From an uncultured Desulfobacteraceae bacterium (lineage in GTDB: Bacteria; Desulfobacterota; Desulfobacteria; Desulfobacterales; UBA5852): DNA of 42,776 bases. The stretch is taken from contig CAYMAR010000003.1 of the NCBI GenBank assembly GCA_964388465.1, positions 1,720 to 44,495 of the forward strand, written 5' to 3'. A model generated the notes under the pieces. The model was not told the DNA's origin. It saw nothing but the letters and a program-made list of their open reading frames with translations, and did no database searches. Below are positions 25,848-35,549 of this stretch, piece after piece. Positions within the stretch are counted from its first letter, which is position 1; every line of letters starts with the position of its first letter. Position numbers and translations under genes: made by a program.

Positions 25848-26588
25848 ATGCGAAACCCTGCGGATTACATTATTTTTCCCTTGGACGTGGCATCACGCGA
25901 TGCGGCCGAGGCCCTGGCGGCCGAACTGGCCGGGCACGTGGGCATGTTCAAGGTCGGTCTTGAACTTTTCATCCGCCAAGGGCCCGATTTGATCCGCTGG
26001 ATTCGATCCACGACCGGGACACCCATTTTTCTGGATTTGAAACTGCACGACATCCCCGCCACCGTCGAGCGGGCCATGGCTGGAGTGGCCGCCCTGGACG
26101 TGGATTTGGCCACCGTGCATTGCGCCGAGTCGCCCCGTATGCTGGCCGCGGCCGTAGCGGGCGGGGGGCCAACCGGTGTGCTGGGGGTGACCGTTCTCAC
26201 CAGTATCGCCGGCGAAGACCTGCGCCGGGCGGGCATCATAGGTGATGACGGCAACGGTCTCGAACGGTTGGTGCTGCACCGGGCGGGTATGGCCCACGCG
26301 TCCGGTTGTGCCGGCGTGGTCTGCTCCGCGCAGGAGGCGGGTGCGATCAAGGCCCGCTGGGGCCCCGATTTCCTGGCCGTAACACCCGGCATCCGGCCCG
26401 CCTGGGAAGGCATCGGGCATCAGGACCAGAAGCGCGTGATGACCCCGGCGGACGCTGTCCGGCAGGGCGCCGACTATCTGGTGATCGGTCGGCCCATCCG
26501 GGAGGCCGACCACCCGGCCGATGCCGCCCGGCGCGTGGCCGACGAGATCGGGGCCGCACTCGCCGGGATGGCGTCGGCATCTGAATAA
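25848..26588 (+). CDS. pyrF: Orotidine 5'-phosphate decarboxylase
   Basis: Contains IIFPLDV, MFKVGLELF and FLDLKLHDIPATV. ATG at 25848 with GGGAGAAG upstream. Confidence 0.92.
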   Translation: MRNPADYIIFPLDVASRDAAEALAAELAGHVGMFKVGLELFIRQGPDLIRWIRSTTGTPIFLDLKLHDIPATVERAMAGVAALDVDLATVHCAESPRMLAAAVAGGGPTGVLGVTVLTSIAGEDLRRAGIIGDDGNGLERLVLHRAGMAHASGCAGVVCSAQEAGAIKARWGPDFLAVTPGIRPAWEGIGHQDQKRVMTPADAVRQGADYLVIGRPIREADHPADAARRVADEIGAALAGMASASE

Positions 26589-26686
26589 TTCCCAGGGAGA
26601 CCCGATCGCAGGGAAACGATCCCCAGAGCTTGCGATCGGCGGGTGGAATGCCCTGGTGCGGATGCGACCGGCATCCGCCGGCGGAT

Positions 26687-26788
26687 TCAGTACAGGATGA
26701 TCATGCGGACCAGGATAACGATGGCGATGACGGCGGCGATCGCCAGGATGACGGCCAGCTGATCCGGGCGGAATGATGGCAGCGGCAC
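26687..26788 (-). CDS. Possible 33-aa single-pass membrane micro-protein downstream of lysC
   Basis: GTG-initiated ORF (M)PLPSFRPDQLAVILAIAAVIAIVILVRMIILY, starting 6 nt after the lysC stop. It has no convincing SD and is below the ORF-track size cut-off. Confidence 0.25.
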   Translation of the reverse strand: MPLPSFRPDQLAVILAIAAVIAIVILVRMIILY

Positions 26789-26794
26789 GGTGGA

Positions 26795-27301
26795 TCAGCA
26801 GATTTCGTCGAGTCCGAAGGCGGTGTGGAGCACCCGGACCGCCAGTTCGGCGTATTTCTCGGTGACCACGCAGGAGATGCGAATCTCCGACGTGCTGATC
26901 AGACGGATGTTGATGTTTTCATCCGCCAGCGAGGTGAACATCAGTGACGCCACGCCGGAGTGATTTTTCATCCCCACGCCGATGACCGAAACCTTCGCGA
27001 TTTCAGGGTCACCCAGCACGTCTTCGGCGCCGATTTCCTGCGCCACCTCGCGTTCGATGGCCATGGCGCGGTCGAAGTCCGTCATGGGCACGGTGAAGGT
27101 CAGATCGGTCTGTCCCCCGGAGCGCATGTTCTGAATGATCATGTCCACGATAATGCCGGCGGCCGCCACGGGGGCAAAGACTTTGGCGGCAATCCCGGGT
27201 TGGTCGGGCACTTTCTTCAGGGTGATGCGGGCCTGATTCTTGTCGCAGGTGACCCCGGAAACCACCAGTTTTTCCATGCTGGCGTCTTCATTGACGACCA
27301 T
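26795..27301 (-). CDS. lysC: Possible in-frame aspartokinase beta subunit (internal start within lysC)
   Basis: An in-frame ATG at 27301 is preceded by GAGGAGGAGGG with 4-5 nt spacing. It lies just before the ACT region (MVVNEDASMEKLVVSGV...), giving 168 aa. Confidence 0.4.
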   Translation of the reverse strand: MVVNEDASMEKLVVSGVTCDKNQARITLKKVPDQPGIAAKVFAPVAAAGIIVDMIIQNMRSGGQTDLTFTVPMTDFDRAMAIEREVAQEIGAEDVLGDPEIAKVSVIGVGMKNHSGVASLMFTSLADENINIRLISTSEIRISCVVTEKYAELAVRVLHTAFGLDEIC

Positions 27302-28015
27302 GGTTCCCTCCTCCTCGCTGAATGACGAGCGCACGTGCACCGGCACGTCGTATTTCTTGGCGAATTCGACCGATCGGATCTGGAGCACTTTGGCGCCCAG
27401 GCTGGCCATCTCCAGCATTTCATCGTAGGAGATGCGCGCCATCTTGCGCGCCTTGGGGCAGATGTTGGGATCGGTGGTATAGATCCCGTCCACGTCGGTG
27501 TAGATTTCACACATGTCCGCCGCGATCGCGGCGGCAATGGCCACGGCCGAGGTGTCGGATCCCCCGCGGCCCAGGGTGGTGATATTCCCCTCGGCGTCGC
27601 TGCCCTGAAACCCGGCCACGACGACGATCTTGCGCTGGTCGACCAGGCGGCGGATGCGCTCCGCCCCGATGCCGATGATGCGGGCGTTGCCGAAATCGCA
27701 ATCGGTCAGCACTTCGGCCTGGTGGCCCAGGATGGATTCGGCGGGATAGCGCATTTCCTTCAGGGTCATGGCCAGTAGCGCAGCGGTGGTCTGCTCGCCC
27801 GTGGCCAGCAGAACGTCGAGTTCCCGTCGGTCGGGTGTTGGCGAAACCCGATGGGCCAGATTGATCAGGTTGTCCGTGACGCCGGCCATGGCCGAGAGGA
27901 TGACCACCACGTCGTCGCCCTGGCCGTGGGTCTTCACGACCCGACGGGCGACGTTGCGGATGCGGTCGAGATCGGCGACGGAGGTCCCGCCGTATTTTTG
28001 AACGATCAGCGCCAT
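26795..28015 (-). CDS. lysC: Aspartate kinase
   Basis: Contains MALIVQKYGGTSV, LSAMAGVTD and GRGGSDT, plus two C-terminal ACT-like repeats. The ATG at 28015 has GGGGAG 5 nt upstream, inside the tsaE 3' end. The GTG at 28021 is the alternative start. Confidence 0.93.
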   Translation of the reverse strand: MALIVQKYGGTSVADLDRIRNVARRVVKTHGQGDDVVVILSAMAGVTDNLINLAHRVSPTPDRRELDVLLATGEQTTAALLAMTLKEMRYPAESILGHQAEVLTDCDFGNARIIGIGAERIRRLVDQRKIVVVAGFQGSDAEGNITTLGRGGSDTSAVAIAAAIAADMCEIYTDVDGIYTTDPNICPKARKMARISYDEMLEMASLGAKVLQIRSVEFAKKYDVPVHVRSSFSEEEGTMVVNEDASMEKLVVSGVTCDKNQARITLKKVPDQPGIAAKVFAPVAAAGIIVDMIIQNMRSGGQTDLTFTVPMTDFDRAMAIEREVAQEIGAEDVLGDPEIAKVSVIGVGMKNHSGVASLMFTSLADENINIRLISTSEIRISCVVTEKYAELAVRVLHTAFGLDEIC

Positions 28016-28017
28016 GC

Positions 28018-28509
28018 TCACTCCCCGTCCGTTTTTTCCAGAGCCCTTATCAAATTAACCCCATCAAGTCCATATCCCGTCAGGGTCAGGCGGCGGCGCT
28101 CGGTGTCGACGACCTGCAGATGAACGGTCAGGATTTGCGCGGGTCGATCGGTGGCCATGCGCTCGGGCCATTCGATGGCCGTGACCGCCGGCGGTATCAT
28201 GAGATCGTGGAGGCCGATATCCTCGAGGTCGCCGCCGGCAAGGCGATAAAGATCAACGTGGTGTAGCGGAAGGCGGCCCGTGTATGAATTGACCAGGGTA
28301 TAGGACGGGCTCGTGACGTATACTTCCGCCGGAACGCCGAGTCCACGCGCCAGACCCTGCACGAAGCAGGTTTTGCCGCTACCGAGATCGCCCTCGATAG
28401 CCAGGACCAGTCCCGGCGTCGCCCGCCTTCCGATGCGTGCGGCGATCCGCCGGGTGGCGTCCGGCGAGTCGGAATCGATGGTGGTTTGCAGGGATGGTTC
28501 GGGCGGCAT
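28018..28509 (-). CDS. tsaE: tRNA threonylcarbamoyladenosine biosynthesis ATPase TsaE
   Basis: 163 aa. P-loop LAIEGDLGSGKTCFVQGLARGLG, plus SPSYTL and HVDLYRL. Confidence 0.88.
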   Translation of the reverse strand: MPPEPSLQTTIDSDSPDATRRIAARIGRRATPGLVLAIEGDLGSGKTCFVQGLARGLGVPAEVYVTSPSYTLVNSYTGRLPLHHVDLYRLAGGDLEDIGLHDLMIPPAVTAIEWPERMATDRPAQILTVHLQVVDTERRRLTLTGYGLDGVNLIRALEKTDGE

Positions 28510-28515
28510 CGTCGA

Positions 28516-29235
28516 TTAGCCCCGTTCGAGGGCGATGACCATCTCGCGCACGGCCGCTTCGATGCCGGTCATCAGGGCGCGGGCCATGAGGCTGTGGCCG
28601 ATGATGCAGGCCTCGACTTCCACCAGAGCACCCAACGGACGGCAGGTTTGGTAGTCCAGGCCGCAACCGGCCAGAATTCTCAGCTTCAGGCGGGCGGCCA
28701 CCTTGGCGGCGTCCACGATCCGGGCCAGCAGGCGATCACGCGTGGCCGGAGAGGCATGCCCGGCATAATTGCCGGTGTTGATCTGGACACCGTCGGCATT
28801 GAGTCGGTGGGCGGCTTTGACGTGTTCCGGCTCCGGATCGATAAACAAAAATACGGGGATGCCGCTGTCCCGGATCGTGGTGATCGTGTCGGTGATTTCG
28901 GAACGGTCCAGGATCAGGTCCAGGCCGCCCTCGGCCGAGGCCTCCTCGGGGCGGTCCGGAACGAGCACGACCTCGTCCGGTTTGACGTCCAGGACCAGCC
29001 CCATCATCTCGGGTGTGGGCGCCACCCCCAGACTGAAGCGGCCCTGGACGGTTTCGCGCAGGACTCGGATGTCGCGATCGCCGATCTGGCGGCGGTCTTC
29101 GGTGAACCGTGCGGAGATACCGACGGCGCCGGCCACTTCGGCCAGCACGGCGACACTGACCGGGTCCGGCTGGCGGCCGGAGGCCAGGTTGCGGAAGGCG
29201 GCGGCGTGGTCGACGTTGACAATGAGATCGGGCAT
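28516..29235 (-). CDS. pdxJ: Pyridoxine 5'-phosphate synthase
   Basis: 239 aa from the ATG at 29235. MPDLIVNVDHAAAFRN with TIM-barrel-like repeats, and HSLMARAL near the C-terminus. Confidence 0.88.
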   Translation of the reverse strand: MPDLIVNVDHAAAFRNLASGRQPDPVSVAVLAEVAGAVGISARFTEDRRQIGDRDIRVLRETVQGRFSLGVAPTPEMMGLVLDVKPDEVVLVPDRPEEASAEGGLDLILDRSEITDTITTIRDSGIPVFLFIDPEPEHVKAAHRLNADGVQINTGNYAGHASPATRDRLLARIVDAAKVAARLKLRILAGCGLDYQTCRPLGALVEVEACIIGHSLMARALMTGIEAAVREMVIALERG

Positions 29236-29263
29236 GGGGCGTCCTCTCGGGGCGGATTTCCGG

Positions 29264-29713
29264 TCAATGCTTCGGCCAGGCGTCGAGCTGGGCGAGCAGG
29301 TCCTCTGTCTTGCGGAACATCTGCTCGGCTTCGGCCGATGATTTTTCGTGGTCATAGCCGAATAAATGCAGGATGCCGTGGATCAAGAGCTCGGCGAAGC
29401 GCCGCTCGAAAGCGATGTCCGCGGCCTCGGCTTCGCGCTGGCAGGTTTCCACGGAGATGACCACATCACCCAGCAGATGCGGATTCATGGCGCTAAAATC
29501 GCCTTCCTGCATGGGGAAAGCGATGACGTTGGTCGGCCCCGTGCGTCCCAGGTATTGCCGGTTCATGGGGGCGATGCCGTCATCGTCGACGACCAGCAGC
29601 GAGAGCTCGGCATCAGGAGATGCCAAGGCGCCTAAGATGGCCTGTGCCGTCTTCTGGATCTTCTTCTCGGAAATCGATCGTTTGTCTTGTTGATTGCTGA
29701 TCAGGACTGCCAT
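29264..29713 (-). CDS. ybeY: rRNA maturation endoribonuclease YbeY
   Basis: Contains PTNVIAFPM and the zinc motif HGILHLFGYDH. The ATG at 29713 gives the family-typical N-terminus MAVLISNQQ. Confidence 0.9.
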   Translation of the reverse strand: MAVLISNQQDKRSISEKKIQKTAQAILGALASPDAELSLLVVDDDGIAPMNRQYLGRTGPTNVIAFPMQEGDFSAMNPHLLGDVVISVETCQREAEAADIAFERRFAELLIHGILHLFGYDHEKSSAEAEQMFRKTEDLLAQLDAWPKH

Positions 29714-32081
29714 CGCGGTTTCTGCCTCGGTCAACGGTCCGGCCGTTGGTTTCGGGGTATTCGATGCGGTGGTGATGAATACCGTTCAAAATGGTGTTGA
29801 AGGATTTGGCGATCTTGTGAAGATCGCGCAGGGTCAGCTCGCAGTTGTCCAGTTGGCCGTCGGAGAAAATGCCGTTGATCAGCTTCTGGACGAGCCCCTG
29901 GATGCGGGACGGGGTCGGGTTGTCCAGCGTCCGGGAGGCGGCTTCGACCGCATCCGCCAGCATCACCAGGCCGGCCTCGCGTGTCTGCGGTTTGGGCCCG
30001 GGATAGCGGAAATCCGCCATGTTGACGGCGCCGTCACCTTTCTTCTGTCGGGCTTTTTCGTAGAAATAGCGAATCAGGCTGGTACCGTGATGTTGCTGAA
30101 TCGTGTCCGTGATGACCGGCCCGAGCTTGTGACGCCGCGCCAACTCGATGCCGTCTTTGATGTGCGCGATCAATATCAGGGCCGACATGGAGGGGGCCAG
30201 GCGGTCATGACGGTTGCGCCCGCCGGACTGGTTTTCGATGAAGTAGTCCCGTTTGTTGATTTTGCCGATGTCGTGGTAGTAGCCGCAGACCTTGGCCAGC
30301 AGGGGATTGGCGCCGATCTCCGAAGCGGCCGCTTCCACCAGACTGCCCACGATGACCGAATGGTGGTAGGTGCCGGGGGCCTCGATCATGAGCTGGCGCA
30401 TCAGGGGCTGGTCGAGGTTGGCGAGTTCGAGCATTTTGATATCGGAGCTGTAGCCGAAGACGATTTCGGCCAGGGGCACCAGGCCGGAGGCCACGATGCC
30501 GGCGCCGATGCCGCCAAAGAAGCCGAAGGCCCATTCCCATGCCAGGGTCGGCAGGGAAAAACGGCCGGAATAGACGGCCAGGGCGGTAACCAGGGCAATG
30601 TTGAGCAGGCCGATCTGCATGCTGGCCTTGAGAAAGACCTTGCGCTCCCGGCAATGGCGGATCCAGAAAGCCGCCAGGCTGCCGTTGACGAAGAAAAACA
30701 CAAAGGCGGCCAGCGTCCCCTGGAAAATAATGGCGGCGGCCACCGCCAGGATGGCGGCGATGGACAAGGCCGCCTCGAGACCCAGAAAGATGCAGGCCAG
30801 CATAGGGGCGGCGGCCATGGGGGCCAGATAATGGATGGAATTGGCCTTGAAAGCAAACGGCGTGTTCTGCGCCAGCGGGCGGGCCAGCGAAGCCGTGATT
30901 TCAGCCACGATGAAAAACGTGCAGAACAAGGCGGCGATGAAGATCAGGTTGCGGATGGCGGCCTGATCGTTCCATACCATCCGGGCGTAATGGACCCGAT
31001 AGGCCGCCACCATCAGACCGATCAGAATCAGCGCCGCCCCCAGGCTGCTCAGCGCGATGCGCTGGCCGCGCTGCTCCTCCTCCAGCGCCCTCAATTTCAG
31101 GAGATGAACGGCGGTGACGCGTTCGCCCTCGCGCAGCAGCATTTCCCCGGCCTTGATTTTGTGAAAGACCGGTTTGACGGCTTCGATGGCCGCTTCGCGC
31201 CGTTTGTTGGTTTCATTGCGGTTCAGGGTGATGTTGGGGCGCAGCAGATCCTGGGCCATGTCCACGATCAGTTGATAGTCGGCATAGCCCAGGTCCTTGA
31301 GCATCGGCTGTCCGATGATCCTGACCATGGTCTGGGCTTCTTCCAGCCCGTAGAACTGACGCAGGTTGCGCACGACCTGCTCTTGGCCGCTGGACACCGC
31401 GCGCAGCACGATCCCGCGTTCGCCTTCCTTGAGCAGGATATCCTTGTTGGTGACGATGCCGCTTTTTAAAATTTCGGTCAGAATGTGAATGATGCGCTGG
31501 GCCAGGGGCGGTGCAAATCCGGATTCGATCAGAAATCCGTAGGTTTCCTTGTCCATTTTCGCGCCCAGGCGTTCCTCGAAGCCCTGGCGTTTGTCCGCCA
31601 TGACCTGCTCGATCGATAGCTGCGGCGCCGGCGGGGTGGGGCTGGGTAAGCTTACGGCCGGGGTTGGTGCTGTGGAGACATCGGCCCCGGCCAGCCGGGC
31701 GGATTCCTCACGCCGTGGCGGCGGCGCCAGCGCCTCGTGGGCGTCGGCCAGAACTTTGCGCATTTCGGCAAAGGCCTTTTTGATCGTGGCGGATGTGCGG
31801 CGGGCCGACTCGGCATCGTGGTCGTAGACGGTCAATACGGCCGCCGCCGCGTCGGCGCGATTGGTTTCGGTGGCCACGCGGTCTTCGATCAGGAAATCCC
31901 TGGACGCCTTGAAGTTGCGCTGGGCCACGTCGCCGATCTGGTAGTTTAATTGGGTGTCGGCCAATCCCGGATAGAGGATGGTGCAGAAAACGAGCACGCA
32001 GGCCAGGAGGATGATCCAGCGCAGGTTGTTCGGCTGGAGCAGGAGATGGATGATGCGGTTGAACGGTGAATCGTTTCGCAT
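29613..32081 (-). CDS. pgpH: 7TM-receptor HD-domain phosphohydrolase (PgpH/YqfF-like; possible c-di-AMP phosphodiesterase)
   Basis: N-terminal TM segment plus a large extracytoplasmic region, a 7-TM block (res ~350-560), and an HD domain (HHSVIVGSLVEAAA...YYHDIGK...QHHGT). It occupies the conserved phoH-pgpH-ybeY position. Confidence 0.85.
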   Translation of the reverse strand: MRNDSPFNRIIHLLLQPNNLRWIILLACVLVFCTILYPGLADTQLNYQIGDVAQRNFKASRDFLIEDRVATETNRADAAAAVLTVYDHDAESARRTSATIKKAFAEMRKVLADAHEALAPPPRREESARLAGADVSTAPTPAVSLPSPTPPAPQLSIEQVMADKRQGFEERLGAKMDKETYGFLIESGFAPPLAQRIIHILTEILKSGIVTNKDILLKEGERGIVLRAVSSGQEQVVRNLRQFYGLEEAQTMVRIIGQPMLKDLGYADYQLIVDMAQDLLRPNITLNRNETNKRREAAIEAVKPVFHKIKAGEMLLREGERVTAVHLLKLRALEEEQRGQRIALSSLGAALILIGLMVAAYRVHYARMVWNDQAAIRNLIFIAALFCTFFIVAEITASLARPLAQNTPFAFKANSIHYLAPMAAAPMLACIFLGLEAALSIAAILAVAAAIIFQGTLAAFVFFFVNGSLAAFWIRHCRERKVFLKASMQIGLLNIALVTALAVYSGRFSLPTLAWEWAFGFFGGIGAGIVASGLVPLAEIVFGYSSDIKMLELANLDQPLMRQLMIEAPGTYHHSVIVGSLVEAAASEIGANPLLAKVCGYYHDIGKINKRDYFIENQSGGRNRHDRLAPSMSALILIAHIKDGIELARRHKLGPVITDTIQQHHGTSLIRYFYEKARQKKGDGAVNMADFRYPGPKPQTREAGLVMLADAVEAASRTLDNPTPSRIQGLVQKLINGIFSDGQLDNCELTLRDLHKIAKSFNTILNGIHHHRIEYPETNGRTVDRGRNRDGSPDQQSTRQTIDFREEDPEDGTGHLRRLGIS

Positions 32082-32118
32082 GAATCGTCCCAAAGCCCGT
32101 CAGGAGGCGCACGCCGTT

Positions 32119-33114
<996 letters not shown>

Positions 33115-33276
33115 ATCGATCCAGATCCAGCCCCGTTTCACGCCGCGGCGGGTGGTCGGGCCCCGGGACGGACGCGTGGCCGTCCGGCCACTACACCCGG
33201 GGCGACTTTCTAGTTGACCCAATTCATATCACAACCAAATTTTCGATTGCAAATGAAGGTTGATCGAAATCAACAA

Positions 33277-33288
33277 TATATCGATATA
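33277..33288. promoter_or_regulatory. Perfect 12-bp palindrome in the AT-rich divergent phoH/cvpA control region
   Basis: TATATCGATATA (33277-33288). The adjacent TTGATCGAAATCAA (33260-33273) has 5-bp inverted arms. This is the only strongly AT-rich stretch in this part of the window. Confidence 0.35.
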
Positions 33289-33434
33289 ATTATAAAAAAA
33301 TATCAACGGCCAACGCGGGGGCGGAACATGCGGATCGGGCCCAATCACCTTTTTAGGTTGCGCCGGCATGGTCGGTTGGGTATAGAAAACTCTTTTATCA
33401 ATGGGCATCGCCAAGACGGGGCGTGGACATTCGT

Positions 33435-33962
33435 ATGAATGCTTTGGATATCATTATCGGCATCATTCTGGCCTATTGCCTGATTCGCGGGGTTTTCCGC
33501 GGATTGGTGGAGGAGGTTGCTTCCATTTTCGGTGTTTTCGCCGGCATCTATGCCGCCGTCTTCTACTACCCTCAGGGGGCGGCCTTTTTAAGTCGCTGGA
33601 TGGCCGAGGCGGCCTACCGCAATATCATCAGTTTCCTGGTCATTTTCGGATTGGTTTTTATCGTGGTCGGGGTCCTGGGGGTGCTGATCAAATATCTTCT
33701 CAATATCGCCTCCATGGGATGGCTGGATCGGCTCTGCGGCCTGGCTTTCGGCGCCATCAAGGGCATACTGGTCGTTTCCGTCCTGCTGATCGCCCTCACA
33801 ACCTTCCTGCCCCGCGGCACGCCGTTGATCAAACAATCGCTTTTGTCGCCCCACGTCAGCCTGATTGCCACACGCCTGGCCAAAATTGTGCCCCGGGACA
33901 TGCGCCAAAAATTCAGCCTGCATATGAAAGATTTCGAGGGATCATGGCAGCGGCAGCGCTGA
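33435..33962 (+). CDS. cvpA: CvpA-family membrane protein
   Basis: MNALDIIIGIILAYCLIRGVFRGLVEEV... with four TM segments. ATG at 33435. Confidence 0.85.
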   Translation: MNALDIIIGIILAYCLIRGVFRGLVEEVASIFGVFAGIYAAVFYYPQGAAFLSRWMAEAAYRNIISFLVIFGLVFIVVGVLGVLIKYLLNIASMGWLDRLCGLAFGAIKGILVVSVLLIALTTFLPRGTPLIKQSLLSPHVSLIATRLAKIVPRDMRQKFSLHMKDFEGSWQRQR

Positions 33963-34771
33963 CCCCAGCCAACGGCCGGATGGAAGACATCTTGGCCCTG
34001 ATCCGCCGCCTGCGTGCGCCGGACGGCTGCCCTTGGGACCGCAAACAAACGCCGGAATCCCTGGCGAATTACCTTGTCGAGGAAGTCCACGAACTGGCCG
34101 AAGCCATCGCCTCCGGCAACACCGAGGCAGTCTGCGAGGAATTGGGGGATGTGATCTTTCAGGTGCTGTTTATGGTCGAGCTGTATCGCGAGGGGGGCGC
34201 TTTCGACTTGACGGCCATCACGGCGCGCAACGTCGAAAAGATGACCCGTCGGCATCCCCATGTGTTCGGCAAGCGTCGGGACATGTCGACCGACGAGATC
34301 CGTGCCAACTGGCACGCAATCAAGAAACGGGAAAAAGCGGCGGGCACCGATGGCGGCTCGCTGCTGGATTCCATCCCGAAGAACCTGCCGGCCCTCATGC
34401 GGGCCTACCGCATTTCGGAGCGGGCCGCGCGGGCCGGTTTCGACTGGTCGACCATCGGTGGCGTCATGGCCAAGGTCGAAGAAGAGTGGCAGGAGTTCAA
34501 GCAGGCCCGGCAAGCCGCAACCGCCGGGGGCGCCCCACACGCCGACGCCATGGAATTCGGCGATATCCTGTTCACCCTCACCAATGTGGCGCGTTTCGCC
34601 CGTTTTCACCCCGAAAGTGCGCTGGCGGCGTCCGTCAACAAATTCGAGCGGCGCTTTCGCCACATGGAAAGCCATTTCGGTCAACAGGGGCGAGATATCG
34701 AGTCCGTTGACCGGGACGAACTTGAAGCCGCCTGGATACGGGCCAAGGCGCAGGACAGCGAAAACCAATGA
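33944..34771 (+). CDS. mazG: Nucleoside triphosphate pyrophosphohydrolase MazG
   Basis: Contains LRAPDGCPWDRKQT, EEVHELAEAI, ELGDVIFQVLF and RHPHVF, with a second MazG repeat EFGDILFTLTNVARF. The long track ORF at 33401 is an off-gene N-terminal extension. The ATG at 33944 overlaps the cvpA 3' end by 19 nt; the ATG at 33980 is the alternative start. Confidence 0.88.
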   Translation: MAAAALTPANGRMEDILALIRRLRAPDGCPWDRKQTPESLANYLVEEVHELAEAIASGNTEAVCEELGDVIFQVLFMVELYREGGAFDLTAITARNVEKMTRRHPHVFGKRRDMSTDEIRANWHAIKKREKAAGTDGGSLLDSIPKNLPALMRAYRISERAARAGFDWSTIGGVMAKVEEEWQEFKQARQAATAGGAPHADAMEFGDILFTLTNVARFARFHPESALAASVNKFERRFRHMESHFGQQGRDIESVDRDELEAAWIRAKAQDSENQ

Positions 34772-34786
34772 CCCCGGAGAGGTCTT

Positions 34787-35203
34787 TTAAGTTTGATCGT
34801 TCCCGGTGGTCTCTCCGCTCCTGGTCAAATGCTGAAAGCGTTCGACCAGATTGCGGCTGTCCCTGACCACCAGCCGTTTTTTAACTTTTTTCCCGTTGCG
34901 GTCCATCAGGTGGTAGTCAAAAGCCGCCGCATGGCTTTGAGCGCCCCCGCCCCTCGTGCGCGAAGGCGACCTGGATCCCGCCGGCGTGTCCTCGGCCTCC
35001 CGGCCCAGACTGGCGATCCGGGTCATGATGTTGTCGGCCACCTTGGTCACCACGGCGGTCAGCCGCAACGGATCGGGAGCCGGTGCGGGAGTGGGGGGAG
35101 GGAGGGGTGATCCGGTTTGCGGCGTGAGCCCCTGCCGCTTCTTTTTGAGCTGCAGGGTGAAATCTTTCAGGATGTTATGAATCTTGTAGCTGGGAATGAA
35201 CAT
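34787..35203 (-). CDS. Hypothetical protein with a Pro-rich linker
   Basis: 138 aa. N-terminal MFIPSYKIHNILKDFTLQLKKK, then PLPPPTPAPAPDP, and a C-terminal basic region. I cannot place it in a family with confidence. It vaguely recalls FlgM-associated small proteins of Desulfovibrio. Confidence 0.5.
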   Translation of the reverse strand: MFIPSYKIHNILKDFTLQLKKKRQGLTPQTGSPLPPPTPAPAPDPLRLTAVVTKVADNIMTRIASLGREAEDTPAGSRSPSRTRGGGAQSHAAAFDYHLMDRNGKKVKKRLVVRDSRNLVERFQHLTRSGETTGNDQT

Positions 35204-35549
35204 GCGCGTTTCCGTTGCCGCAACCCGGGCGTGGATGGGCCCTCAGGTCGTGTTCTCATGTCGTCCTTCCAGAAACCGCCGGATGAAATCCCGATGGCTG
35301 TCGAAAGCAATGGGCCGCCGGTCGGCCGGATCGGACCCGCGGGCGGCTGTGGCGTCGTCGCCGGCCTCAGGTGTCATTCCCTCCGTCCGAACCGGATAGT
35401 CGGCCGACAAATGCGATAATACCGCCTGCTGGGGGGCGAGTGCAACCCCCGAAGGCGTTCGATCCGGCCCTCCGCCCCGACTTTTTTCCTGGCCGGCCGC
35501 AATGGGGGCCGATGCGGCGGACCGCCCGCCCCGGCTCGCGGTTCAGACA

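Noticed and set aside
29694-31469. 591-aa plus-strand ORF antisense to the pgpH-like gene
   Set aside because: Low-complexity G/D/A/Q-rich translation. The minus strand encodes 7TM + HD motifs.
33401-33943. N-terminal 181 codons of the 456-aa track ORF that contains mazG
   Set aside because: This part overlaps cvpA in another frame and is R/G/P-rich. MazG homology begins at the ATG at 33944.
35243-35377. 44-codon minus-strand ORF (MTPEAGDDATAARGSDPADRRPIAFDSHRDFIRRFLEGRHENTT) upstream of the hypothetical gene at 34787-35203
   Set aside because: GGAGGG abuts the ATG with 1-2 nt spacing, which is too close. There is no recognisable family and the composition is unremarkable. It is kept only as a note.
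35450-35480. GTTCGATCC string resembling a tRNA T-loop
   Set aside because: The flanking bases cannot form a 5-bp T-stem, and no acceptor or anticodon arms could be built. I found no tRNA (including selC) anywhere in the window.
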